Below, piece by piece: positions 12,671-29,260 of a stretch of DNA of 64,000 bases; the first letter of the stretch is position 1; the number at the start of each line of letters is the position of its first letter. The notes under the pieces were generated by a model that worked only from the letters and a program-made list of their open reading frames with translations, was not told where the DNA came from and ran no database searches. The stretch lies in NCBI RefSeq assembly GCF_009914755.1, contig NC_060939.1, one strand, 5' to 3'. The translations under genes and the position numbers were made by a program. The stretch comes from the human T2T-CHM13v2.0 reference genome, Homo sapiens.

Positions 12671-14475
12671 GTTTCTGATTCATACTACTCTTAGGAAACT
12701 TTATTTTCTTTTAGCTTATATTGAAATATTAATTTATAATTTTTCTGGTGTGCTCTCATTTTCAGTAGTACCATTATGTTCATTTTCATCATGTTTTCAC
12801 TGAATAAATGTTGCATGAGGCTGGATCATATTCCTTTTTTGTTGTCCATGATTAAATGAGGTGGATTTTCCTGATCTATTAGGAGGAAGTTCCCAATAGA
12901 TCAGGAAAGTTCCTAATAAAGGGATGGACTAGGATACCTTTCCCATTTGGCTCTACTGATCTGTGAAAGACTCAAAATAGGAATTCTCCAGGTACCCACT
13001 TGTTTCCCAGCATCAAGTCCAGAACCTTTGTAAAGCTCAGAAAGATCTCTTGCCTCTAGTCCTTTGCTCCAGCTCTAGAACTTTGAAGTCCTTCTTTTCC
13101 AAGGCTATATGCTCTCAGCTTTTGATGTTATCTTTCACTGTTAAAGCAGTTTTTGAGATCTTTTTCCTTGGGGGTCCCCTTCCATATCTCCACCATCTGA
13201 ACCTATTTTCTCTCGCCATCTGTCTTCTGCTTAACTTGGTGTATGTTTCCAGTAATTTCTGCTCAAGGTGAGGTGCTTAGAAGGGAGGACTTACTGTACG
13301 TTTCTAAGATTCTCCAAGGCCTCTGCCACCACATCGACGCTGATTCTCCCAGGTCCACACACAGTTAGTTGCTCTCACCTGTTGCCAGAAGCCTGGGAGC
13401 CCCTTTCCAGTTTTGCCAGTTGCTCTCAGGTCTGCCCACCAGACTTCCATCCTACTTTAAAGGGTGAGCAGCTCATGGTAGTTTTTGGGTTCCACCACCT
13501 GTCAATAGTTTCTTTCATTTCCCATCACTCCCCTGAGGCCACTGCGGCTCTTCTCCAGGTCCTTCTGATGCTGGTGGTTTGGCCAAACCCACCCAGTCCT
13601 GGGAATAAAGGAGTGGGGAGAGAGTCCCCAACACTTTTGTTGACATATCCTCTTTGAGCTTTATCTATGGCTGTCTTGCTGATTGGTTTAGCTTCCAGGA
13701 AGAGTTCAGGGGAGACTGAAAAACTACTTTGCCACCATGAATACATCCCCATAAAACATGTTCTGAAGGGCATAAAACAAGGAACAAAGAAATGAAGAGA
13801 CATACTCTGTTTCTGAATTGGAAGATTTAATATGATAAAACTGTCAGTACTCCCAAAATTGATGCACTATATTAAAAGTTTTAAAGTTTTCTATCTGGCA
13901 AGACATCAAAAATCAAGCAAAATGAGAAAATATTTGCAACACATAATAAAGTATCCATGGAAATTCAGATCCAATGAAATATCTTTCTGCTTCTATGAAA
14001 TTAATAAAAATGCTCAGCCTTGCTAATATCCCACGCTGCAAGAGGACAGAAAAAGGGGCACACACTGTAGGCTTCTGTGGGTGGATGTGCCTACATTCTT
14101 TTGTGAAAATTAATCCAGAAATAGCTAACAAAACTCCCAATTTGAATACTCATCAGCTAGCAATTCCACTTTGGGGAATCTATCCTCAAAAAAAAAAAAA
14201 GCAGTGGCATCTCAGGCTGGATAAGCAGCACTGTTTGTAGACACATAGAACTGGTAGAGATTATTCCCAGCAGGAGAATAACTGAATAACTTGTAATAAT
14301 TCATACTTTGGACTACTCCACAGCCATTAAAGATAATGTGTTAAAAAATAATAATAATGAGTTATGGCTGGGAATATTCGTTATACATTAAATTTTTAAA
14401 AGAAGTTACAGAGTAATATGGGTGGTATAATGTCATTTTTGTAAATTGTTTTTAAAAAGAAAAGAAACATTTTCC

Positions 14476-14849
<374 letters not shown>

Positions 14850-14944
14850 TTAAACAACACTGGTAATGTTGGTGGTCTATGGGTAGAGAATTGGGGTAGG
14901 CGAAAGCTATACATTGTTTGTGTGTATGTGTGTGTATATATATT

Positions 14945-15601
<657 letters not shown>

Positions 15602-15638
15602 TGAAAAAAATCCAGTGGAGTTGCTTTTTAAAGGAAAA

Positions 15639-15640
<2 letters not shown>

Positions 15641-15686
<46 letters not shown>
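15641..15686. repeat. (CA)n microsatellite
   Basis: Pure AC run. Confidence 0.97.
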
Positions 15687-15691
<5 letters not shown>

Positions 15692-17219
15692 CAGCTTCCA
15701 ATGGCTACGTCTTTACCAACATATGTAACTGGTAATGTGGATAACTCACAATGTAGCTGTTTGTCCCTGAGTTCTGGGCATTAATAAAATCTCCAAGAAA
15801 AATAACAAACTACTCTATTAAAGGATAACTATTCAAGACCTCCATCCAGCTCTCTTAGTCTTCTAAACTATGAACACAGCTCATTACCTCTCAAAATGGG
15901 CAGGACATCTATCCACAAGGGAACTGATCCACCTGCTGACTCACTGGCTGGCACAGCCCGGCACAGGAAAACCACCAGCAGGGGGTCCTCAAACAATGGA
16001 AACTGCACAGCTCTGTATTCATCACAGACCTCCGGCCAGGCCTGACACCCACCCCTGTCTCCAACCTTGCCGAGTCCTCCCCTTTCAACCTTAAACTTCT
16101 TCAACTTGGTCCAGTGGAATGGCTCCTTAAATTTCTCTTGTATCTTCACCTTTCCAGGCATGTTTTATGCTTTTCCTAAGAAAGAGAGAGCCTCCTTGCT
16201 AAAGTGGACCCCTTTACCAGCATGCTTTATTTCATCCCCTTCTGCCTAATCGTTAGCAGGAGTTTGGCCTCTAAAAAGTCAGAGCAACTAAGTTCAAAGC
16301 TACTTCATAGCTGAGTGACCTTGGGTAAGTCACTCATCCCTCTTCCCCTTAGTTTACTCAGCAGAAGCACCAAGATTTCTTGAGGCTTTGGCTTGGAACA
16401 GAGTCAGGCTCAGTTCTGCTGTGTTCCAATGGCTAAGGCAAATCAGAGGCCCAGTCCAAACTCAGGGAGAGGGAACCACACAAAACCCTGAGCACCAGCA
16501 GGCAGAGGCCACCAGAGTAACAGGCTATTACACACACAATAAGTAAGTGCTCACTAAGCATGGGCTGTCTGTCTTAGCTAATAATTTTGTTTCTTAAATC
16601 CAGGAGAGTTGTTTCTACAATGGGTTTTCACCATGTGCAAACCACAGAGAGGGCCTAGAAAGCCATATGTTGCTAAAGAGCACATAGGTCTCATTTTAGA
16701 AGATTTAGAGAAACCAGAGGGCAGCCCTAAGCCCCACAGTATGGATTTCTTTATGAAGCCAGCCCAGCCATCCCAGCTGCCATTCTTAAATGACGAACAA
16801 CCTTGGCAAGGCAGTTGCACCAATCTCAGAGGGCAGGCATATATATGGCAATGGGTCAGTGTTCCCCACTCACAACCATGTTAACATGCAAACCTGTCTC
16901 AACACAGCAGGAACCAATCATCATTTCTGCAAAGTGTTGTAGACAACAGATGAAAAATGGTATACACTGTACCGTACTGAAAGAACTTTCAAGGTGCTTG
17001 CAGCAAAGTAAGTTTGAAGACAGAAAATAAGCCCATGAAAAAACAGACAGGAGGGTGGGAGATGGAGGACTCAGGACAGAAGTCATCTTATAATCTCCAA
17101 AATGTAAGCAGAGTGTGCTGTGTTCATTGTTGATCCCCAGACCCTAGAGTAATGTCCATACATAGGAGAACTGTGTGGAATTGCTCAGAATCATAGGAAG
17201 CTAGAACTAACAGGTTATA

Positions 17220-17547
17220 GGTCGGGCACAGTGGCTCAAGCTTGTAATCTCAGTGCTTTGGGAGGCTGAGGCAGGAGCATCCCTTGAGATAAGGAGTTTG
17301 AGTTTGAATCCAGCCTGGGCAACATAACGAGACCCCATCTCTTAAAAAAAAAAATGTTTTTAGTATTAGCCAGGCATGGTGGTACACACCTGTAGTCCTA
17401 GCTACTTGCAAGGCAGAGGCAGGAGGATCGCTTCAGCCCAGCAGTTCCAGGCTGCCGTGAGCTATGATAGTGTCACTGCACTCCAGCCTGGGCAAAAGAG
17501 CGAGATCCTGCCTCTTAAGGCAAAAAAAAAAAAAAAAAAAAAAAAAG
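17220..17547 (+). mobile_element. AluJ
   Basis: Diverged Alu with a long poly(A). Confidence 0.88.
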
Positions 17548-19257
17548 AATAGGTTAGAGCTGTTGAAGAGAATAACACTGCAAAAGCAAACTGAATTAAC
17601 TGTTTTACACATTTATTTAACTCTTTAAACTAAAATGTAGGGGATGATGTGCATTTTTCACATAAATAAGCTTTTCTACTGTGTCCAATTAATGTTTTCC
17701 CCTTTAGGTTTATTATTAAAAGGCAGTTCTCTCTCCACACCCTTGGGAACCCAAGGCTAAACCAGGAAGGGCGGGCTCAGGGAGGAGCCAGGAAGTGGAG
17801 CTAATTCACCAGTCTGCCACCTGTAGGCTGGTTCCAGCAGACTTAAACCTCAGTGCCCGCTAGACAGACATGAAAACAATGCATATTAAATAATGGTAAA
17901 AACTGAGCAATAGATGTGTGAAAACTATATAGAGAGGGGCATTTAAATCATGGCTCCCGTGTGCTTGCCTCCAACCTCCTCTCTTTTCTTTGAATACTCC
18001 CAGCTATGACCACACAGTCTGTTGTTCCTATTCAGCTCTCCAAGGCTCACCCTTGATCTAAAATACGCTTTGAAAATTAATACTCCCATTAGGATGAACA
18101 ACCACACCTGTATCGATCGAGGTGTTCCAGAGGCAATTTTGCTCAGATCTTATGGTAAAAGCCATGCAATGAACTTAAAAAACAAAGACCATTATGAAAT
18201 AAACAAATAAGCAAAGCTGGACGAATTTTTCAAATTTTAAAACTCAAGAACAAATAGCAAACATTAGTTTTAAAGGATTGGTTTGGATTTCTGTAGATGG
18301 AAGTAAAACATACTGAGTTTACAAGCCTATGCGATGTATTTCAGCACGATCCACCAAATGCAGTTACAGATGTCAAGAGTTCTCAGAACAAGTGCCTCTC
18401 TTCATAAATATCTGCTCTGCATATATATCTCTCCCATTCCCATAACGTCCATTCTTTGTTAATATAGGAAAAAAACCGACTTTCATCAAAATGCTACAAA
18501 ACGCCAAAAATTAACTCTTGGGGACAGTCACTTTAATCGAGACGTCTTTCTTCTATGGAGATTTGTTCACCACTGGCTTCTCTGATTTGGTGGTTAAGAG
18601 TCTGAAAATCGGTCATCCTTAAGGTCTGGAGCTCAGAAAGCACGCCGCCCCCCCTTGCCTGCCCCCTGCCCCAGGACGCCGGATGCGGGTCGCCTGCCCA
18701 GTCCCGTCGCCCACAAACCACGCCGTTCTGGGCGGACGCGGGAAACCAGAAGTCCCCGAAGCCAAGTCAGCGAGCGACCACAGGGGCCGCCCGGCCGATC
18801 CCCGATATCCGGGCTGACCCAAAACCCGACGGGAGGCGCCCCTCCCCCGACCCCCCACCCCACCCCCCCCCCCACCGCCCCCGGTCAGGGCCGCCGCGAG
18901 GGTGAGAGGCGCGCCCACATGCTGCTCCGCTCCGGGTTCGGCTCCCACCTCCTCGCCTCGGCCGCGGCCGCTCGGATGGCGAGGTCGTGTCCCCGGCGCG
19001 CGCGGTCCGCGGCGCTCCCTCCGGCCGCTGCGGGCTCGGAGGACGGCGGGCGCCTGGCTGCTGTTTCCTCCAAGAAAAGTAACTCCGGGAATCAGCGCAA
19101 TAGGAGCGGGAACGCGATGCTCCGAGAGCGGCGAGCCGGGCCCTGGAGTTATTCTGCTCGGAGTTTCGAACTGCGCCCCGCGCTGCAGCTACTCGGCCCC
19201 GGCGTTGGCCGCCGGAACTTGCCGCCCGCGGTGGCGTCCCGGCGGCCGCAGCGCCTA

Positions 19258-19599
<342 letters not shown>

Positions 19600-19743
19600 T
19601 CACAGGGGGTCCGAGGCAAGTTGCGCCGGGTGCAGGGACGGCCTCCCAGCCGGCTGCCAGGGCTGCGGCGGCCGCGCGCCGGGAGCGGGCCGGGCCGGGC
19701 GGGGAGCCGGGCGCCCGCAGCCCCCGCCGGTGCCCGCGCCCAT
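19600..19743 (-). other. Putative upstream ORF (47 aa), in frame with the ENTREP2 CDS
   Basis: GGCGGC-ATG-G context; MGAGTGGGCGRPAPRPARPAPGARPPQPWQPAGRPSLHPAQLASDPL-TGA; its ATG is 210 nt upstream of the main ATG; translation not demonstrated. Confidence 0.55.
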
Positions 19744-21280
19744 GCCGCCGCCGCCGCGCCGCCCGCCCGCCGGCCGCGCCGCGCTGCGCCCTCCCCCGCC
19801 CGCCCCGCGCGCTCCCCGGCCCGAGCGCGGGCGCGAGCCGCCGCCGCTGCTGCCGTACCGGGCGCGAGCCGCTGCCGTCCCCGGGCGCGAGCCCCGCCGC
19901 CGTGCGCTGGGCCCCAGCTGGGGCGGGAGCGGGAGCCGGGACCCGGGAGCCGGGAGAGGGGCGGGGAAGGCGCAGGTGCGGTCCTGGCGTCCCAGCCTCC
20001 GCGCTCACGCCTCGCGCCCTGGCGGCTGCAGGTCTGCGGAAGGAGAGCGGGGGCGGCAGCGCATCAAGGGCAACGGCATCAGCCTCCGCGGCGGAGCCCT
20101 GGGTCGGCTGCGCGGAGGGGCCCGATAGCGGCAGCGGGCCAGCCGAGCCTTCAGAGCCTGGGGACGGCTCGGGATGGGCGCGCGGGGCGCTGAGGACGGG
20201 GAGACGGGCTGGGAGCAGACAGGAGGGAAATTCCGAGCGCTGGGCCGCAGGTGTGGCGAACAGGAGCCTCTTGAATGCAAAAATCCAAGATCCAAGATGC
20301 TGCTTTTCTGCAGTTCGAGAATCTCCCAAGCCATCCGCTGAGAGAACTCAGCTCTGGAGGACATTCCGAGAACATTGCCAGGACACACACGATGTCCCTT
20401 ACCCACCTTTGGTTTGCATGCTTTTGATACAAGTTAAAAGTTTGGGCTTTAAAAAAAAATTGCACAAAACGAATTTAAATGCGCAATATCATTAATAACC
20501 GATTAAACCATCTCCACTCCCTCTTGCCAACATAGAGTTTAAAATATCTAAGTACTGGCTCCCTTGGAATACCGGGAAATCCTGCAAGTTTTGATTGCCA
20601 TAATTCCTTTGTGGCCCTGTTGATGAGCCAACTTTAAGACTCTGCTTGTGTTGAAAAGGGCTGCATTGACAGATTAAGAGATCACCAGCGTTAGGGAGTC
20701 TGAAGGGACCAGACGTGAAAAGGCAAAGTTCAGAGTAATAAAGGGAAACGGCCGGTCATTTCCTGAGACCATTCTTCCGTGTCTTTCTAGCAGACCTTAC
20801 TGTTGGATGAGAAACGCTAGAGAGTGTAGTCCCAAAATATCTCGGTTGCTGGTGCTTGAAATTTCACCGTTAGAGATATTGATTCCTTTGGGGCTTGACG
20901 ATCCTCTATTAAAATGCAAATTCCCCTTGAAGGGGCTATAGCTCAAGCCTTTATCAGCCAACACTTTAGCAGGGATGGGATTTATTTTCCAATTTAACGA
21001 GATGGCCAAGGGATGAACAGGGGGTAGGGAATTCCACAGATAGAGTGACTGATCTCAAAATGCTGGCCCGTGGCCAAACGCTGCCTTCTCCCCCAGTTCT
21101 TATCTTTAACAGGACTAAGCCTCTGGCCGGCATTGTTTAAAGCACTCCAGTACAAATTCCAATTTCCTGGAGACATTTTCTGCCTAGAAGTTCGCAGTGC
21201 AGCACTTTTTAAGAGCTTGAAACAATACAAGGCATGACCCTGGACTGGCAGGAAGTTATGTTCGCATTTGATCATCTCCC

Positions 21281-21900
21281 CCATTCATTCATTCATTCAT
21301 TCATCCGTTCATTCATTCCTCCAACAAAAGTTCATAAAGAGCTCTCTAATCATAAGGCTTTTTTTTTTTACGTTCTTAGGGTACATCAGTGAACAAAACA
21401 GACAAAAATCCCTGCCTTTAAGGGATTCAGAGAGAAACACACAATAGCCTAACAAATTAGTGAATTACAGTTTATTGACATTGTATACTATTCAAAAAAT
21501 AGTATACACCCACTATGTGCCAGGCACTGAAGATCGAAGAATGAGTTGCAAGCCCCCTGTACTCAGAGAACTTTCGGTCTAGTGGGAAGACTGGCGGCAC
21601 ACTGGGTTCAGTGTTATGGAGACTACACAGTGCCCCCCCCAACCCCACCCCCACCAAAAAAAAGGAATCAGATGATAAGGAGATTTGAAAAGAGTTTTCT
21701 GACCACAATACCAAAAATGGGTTGAGGGGTGCCCAAGTGAAAGAGTGTTCAGAGGCTGTTACTGTCAGCTGGCAAGAGGTGATAGTGTTTTGGATTAAAG
21801 TGGGGTTAGTGGAGATGTCGAGAATTGGGTGTGTTTGGGAGATGTTTCGGAGGTGTCAGTGATGAATTAAACAGAAGGGGGAGCCAGTTGGTGACCTCCA
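21281..21900 (-). mobile_element. L2 3' fragments
   Basis: (cattc)n tail; cagtgaacaaaacagacaaaaatccctgcc; ccactatgtgccaggcactg. Confidence 0.7.
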
Positions 21901-22137
21901 GTGATCTCCCATTTATGAATGAGAGATGCTTCCAAAATATATGTGAATTGATTTGTTTTATTTATTTATTTAAGAAAGGTACGGAAAGAGAGCTCCAAGC
22001 AATACAGCAGGAGATTTTGGTGAAGGTGGGTTAGGAGAGGGATCTACTTTCGCTGTAAAATTTCGTTTGCATCCAAAGGGAGAGACTGATCTAGAAATTA
22101 AACTTACTTCACATTTCTATCAATGAAAAAGCAGTTT

Positions 22138-22673
22138 TGTTGATAAAATGAAAACTTTAGACAAATAAATTTAACAGAGTTTACTTAAACAATGAACAAT
22201 TCATGAATAAGGCAGCCCTCAGAATCATAAGAGGTTCAGAGAACTCCACTCTGCCATGTGGGCAGTGAGTATGTATAGACAGAAAAAGATTGAAGAAAGT
22301 AGAAATGAGGAACAAAAAGCAGATTAGTTGTTTCAAAGTTACTTTCCCCATAATGGTTAAAACGGAACTTCCTTATCATGTCTGCTCAAACTGGCCTTTC
22401 TGGATATTTGTCTATTCTCTCTCTTTCTCTATCTCTCTTCTCTCTTTCTCTCTCCCCCTCTCTCTCTCTCCCTCTCTCTCTCTCTCTTTCTCTCTGTGTC
22501 TGTCTTTCCCCCACCCCTCTTCCTCTCCTTCTCCTGATTTCTCATAAAGTCAGCTAAACAACCGAGTTTCAGCTTGGTGGATTAGGACTTTAGCATGACT
22601 GACTCCATTTTAATTTGGTCTGTTGGTGGGAGCTCTGTCCAAATCAATGGCCTCCAAAAATTTTTATTTCATA
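22138..22673 (-). mobile_element. ERV1 solo LTR (MER31/MER67-like) with an internal (CT)n
   Basis: tgttgataaaatgaaaactttagacaaataaatttaacagag...gactccattttaatttggtctgttgg...caatggcctcc. Confidence 0.7.
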
Positions 22674-22951
22674 CTATGTTTTACAGAATTTTTTAATCCT
22701 GTTGTATTAAATGCAACAGCCAAAGTTACCTTGATGAACACTTGCAATTTGGAGATATAAATAGGGAGATAAAAGTAGTTAAAGTGAGTTGATTTCATGG
22801 GAGTGAATCAAAAAGAAAGAAAGGAAAGAAGAATGAAAGGGAAGGGAGGAAAAGAACAGAAAGAAGGGAAGGAGAAAGGTAGAGAGAGAGGGTGCTGGCC
22901 TGAGCTTAGCCTCCCTGGCACTGATCACGACAACTCATTGACTCTCTTTGA

Positions 22952-23436
<485 letters not shown>

Positions 23437-25573
23437 TGACAAGGTGGCTGAGCTTCTTGCTGAAAGACAGGTTTCAGGGCTGCTTGCACCATGGGGAGAC
23501 AAGGAACACTTACAAATGCCTCAGTCACCACATGCTTGTTTCAGATTCCTGCTCTTTTTGACCTGTACCTGTCCATACATAATGGATGAGAAAGAATCTA
23601 GACCCTTGGTAGCCTCTCTTACGCAGTAGAGAGTTGTGCTTGGATCTCACAATTTCTGCCTCTGGAAGAGTAATAGGGGAGAAACTCTACTTCTAGGAAT
23701 GTCAGACCAGCTACTTCTCCTACTAAAGACAACTTAGAAACCAGGGGGACTTTTTTTAAGTATCTCCTTAAAAGTATCAAAGATTATGGAGATAATGAGG
23801 GAACACCAGGCCTAGATGCAATAGGAGAAGGAATGCGGAGAGGTGTGTGCAGCACGTGGGCTGCCTTTCTAGCTCTGGCAGCTGCACACAGAATCAGAAA
23901 GATGAATTTGAGTTCAGGAGTCTCCAAAGGTGGGGACCCAGTAAACCAGTCCCCTGCCTTGTGACAGAACCCCAAATGGCTGCATCCCTGGAGCAGGAAA
24001 TAAGTCAAACTTCCCTCTTTTTGCAGGTGCCCAGAAACCCCAATTCTGCATTGCACAAGCCCCTAGGAGCTGGCAAAACAATAGAAAATTCTCTCTAAAG
24101 AAAGATATTATCATTCTAGGCCTCCAATTATTTCTATGAATAGCATTTTTAAAACTCACTTTCTCTTAACTTCCTCAACACGATAAAGGACATTTATGAA
24201 AGACCCACCACTAACATCATAATCAATGGTGAGAGACTGAAAGCTTCTTCCCAAGATCAGGAATTTGACATGTGGTGGATGTCCACATTCACCACCGCTG
24301 TTCAATATTTTATTGGAAGTTCAGCCAGAACAATTAGACAAGAAAAGGAAATAAAGGACATCCAAATTGTAAAGGAAGAAGCAAAACTATCTCTATTTGC
24401 AGGTGACATGATTTGATATATAGAAAATCTCAAAGAATTCACAAGAAAGCTACTAGAACTAATAAACAAATTCAGCAAAGTTACCAGGTACAAGATCAAC
24501 ACATAGAAGTTAGTTGTGTTTCTATACACCAATAATGAATAATCTGAAAAGGAAAACAATAAGACAATTATAATAATATCTAAAAGAATGAAATACCTGG
24601 GAATAAATTTAACCAAGGAAGTGAAGGCTTGTACACTGAAAACATTGCTCAAATAAATTAAATACCTAAATAAATGAAAAGACTTGCTATGTTCATGCAT
24701 AGAAAGACAATATTAAGATGACAACACCCCAAATTCTCTACAGATTCAAAGCAATCCCTATCAAAACTCCAACAGCCCTTTTTGCAGAAATGGAAAAGCC
24801 AATCTTCAAAATCATATGGAATTCCAAGGGTCCCCAGATAGCCAAAGGGTCTTGAAAAAGAACAAAGTTGAAAGACTCATACTTCTAGATTTCAAAACTT
24901 ACCACAAAGGTATAGTAATCTAAACAGCATGGTACTGGCATAAGAGTAGACATCTAGACCATTGGAATATAATTGAGGGTCCATAAATAAATCCATACAT
25001 CTAAGGACAACTGATCTTTAACAAGGGTGCCAAGTTCATTCAATGGGAGAAAGAATAGTCTCTTCAACAGATGGTGCTGGGACAACTGGACTTGTACTTA
25101 CAAAAGAAAGAAGTTGGACTCCAAGCTCATATCATAATCAAAAGTTAACTCAAAATGGACCTAAATAAAAGAGCAAAAACTATGGAAGTCTTAGAAGAAA
25201 ACATAGGCATAAACTGTGACCTTGGCTCTGGCTGTAGATTCTTAGATATGACAAGAGAAGTATGAGCAATGAAAGAAAAAATAAACAAATTATACTTCAT
25301 CAAAGTTAAACACTTTTGTACATCAAAGCACATTGTCAAGAAAGTGAAAAGACAAACTATAACATGGAAAGAAATATATGCAAAGCATTTATCTTGACCA
25401 GAGATATATGCCATGTATTCAGATTATGGATAGAACTACTCAAAACAAAATGACAACCCAATTTAAAAGTGGGAAAATGACTTGAATAGACATTTCTCCT
25501 AAGAAGATAAACGAGTGTCCTGTGAACACCTGAAAAGATGCTCATCACTCATCATTGGGGAAATGCAAATTAA

Positions 25574-25925
<352 letters not shown>

Positions 25926-26130
25926 AGCTATATTATTTAAAAAAAAAAAGAAAGAAAGAAAGGAGCAAGTGTTGGTCAAGATATGGAGAAATTAGAACCC
26001 TTGTGCATTTCTGGTGGGAATGTAAAATGGTGCAGCCACTGTGGAAAATGGCATGGTGACCCCTCAAAAAAATCAAACAAATTCTACTTCTGGATAAATA
26101 CCCAAATGAATTGAAAGCAGGGACTCAAAG

Positions 26131-26503
<373 letters not shown>

Positions 26504-28227
26504 TGAATGGATAAACAAAATGTGGTCTGTACATACATTGGAATCTTATTCAGCCTTTATAAGGAAGGAAATTCTGACACATGCTACAACATGAACAAAC
26601 CATGAACATTAGGCTAAGTGAAATAAGGCAGTCACAAAAGGATAAATATTGTTCAGATCCACCTTATGAAGTACCTAGAGTAGTCAAATTCATAATGACA
26701 GAAAGCAGGGTGGTAGTTGCTAGGGGCAGAGGGGTGGTGGGAATGGGGAGTTAGTGTTTGGTGGGTACAGTTTCAATTGCAGAAGATGAAGAGTTCCTGG
26801 AGATGGTTGGTGGTGCTACTTGCACAACTATGGGAATGTGCTTAATGCCACAGAATTGCACACTTAAATTTGTTAAAATGGTAAATTTTATATTATGTAT
26901 ATTTTACCACAATAAGAAAAAAACAATGAAATTCTCAAATCCACGAGGATGGCTATAATAAAAAAAATGAAAATAACAAGTGTTGGAGAGGATGTGGAGA
27001 AATTGAAACACTTGTAGGTTGCTGGAATGAACGTAAAATGCTGCAGCCAACGTGGAAAACAGTCTGGCTGTTCCTCAAAAATAAACGTAGTATTTCCACA
27101 TCACCCAGTAGTTCCACTCCTAGGTATATACCCAAAGGAAGTGAAAGCAGTGACTGGAAAAGATACGTGTGCACCAGTGTCCTGGAGCATGTTTGTTCAG
27201 GTGATTATCATTGGAGGGCTGGAAGCAAGCTAGACTCCCTGGACACTGATGGAGAATCAGGCACATATAGAATTTTGACTTGTCTTTGTTCGTTAGGTTT
27301 AAAATGTCTGTCTCATTGCTACCAAAATAATTAAAGGTCAACTAAGTGCAGGGAGAGAAGAAATCTAATTTGACAGGCCTTGAAATACTTATTACTTCAT
27401 AGGTTTTGTGATGAGATTTAAGTTAGATCATGAATACAGAAAAGTATTTTTTCAAACATTACGCACTTTATGAATGCTGGCCTTATTCCGTTAGCAGTAA
27501 GTTCCTTACGGACAGGAATCATTCACGTTTGCAGTATCCTAATGCACTTAGCACAGTCCTAGCAGATAGTGGTATTCAATTACTATTTATTCAAGCTAAT
27601 TCTGTATCTTAAACTATTTAAAATTGAAGTTTTTAACACTTCTGGGATAGTATTGACTAGAATTTTGTGAAAAACCCCTGAGAAGTAAATGACTTAATTA
27701 TTGAAGGAGGGTAATAAGGCTAAGAAGTGAGTTCCAGTTAACTCAACTAGCACTATTAAATCAGGTTATTAGAAACCTATGCATTCTAATGGTTTCATTA
27801 GAATAAGCAGTTATTCATATGCTCAGACTCAAACAAACTTATACATGAAAGAGGTGTTTTGCCTTTAGGGAAAAACTATGAAAATTATGAGTCAAGCCTC
27901 ATGAGATTTGATAATTCTCATCCATCAACTGAACAGAAAATAATGGAGTAAAATTTATCATTTGGCTCTAAAGTATGGGTCACCTTCAATCAGAACTCCT
28001 TCACTTTTATTTTATTAAGAAGCAAAAGTAAAACACTTTGCTTGTGGATAAATGGAAAGTTGCTTAGAGAAATAAGCATTAGGATGCACTCATTTTTGGT
28101 GTCGATTATGTGATTGGCCCACATTTTTATAGCAACAGCAAGAGCAGCAGCAGCAAATTGCTGAGACGTAATTCTTATGGCATATGTTGGCTTTTTTCAT
28201 GCAAGCAAGCTATATGTTCAGTGGTAA

Positions 28228-28947
<720 letters not shown>

Positions 28948-29064
28948 GGCCTTTGGTTTCTAAGCTTCTGGACAGTAATGGGTCACTCCTGCTGAGAATG
29001 ACTTTCTTCATCACCTTTGCAAATTCTATCCCTCTCTTAGGTCTTCTCTCACATCTAAAAGTCA

Positions 29065-29260
29065 GGGCAGCAGAATGGTTAGGGCACCCATGTTAGTGTC
29101 ACACTGCCTTAGTAAAAACCCCAACTCCACTTCCTAATGAAGGTAATAATAATACCTATCTTATAAATTTCTTGTGAGGATTAAATGATTTCATTTATCT
29201 AGAGTTCTTAGAGCAGTACCTGGCATATAGCAAACACTAAGTGCCAGTTATTTTTCTATT
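29065..29260 (+). mobile_element. MIR
   Basis: taataatacctatcttata...tgtgaggattaaatga...cttagagcagtacctggcatatag. Confidence 0.75.
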
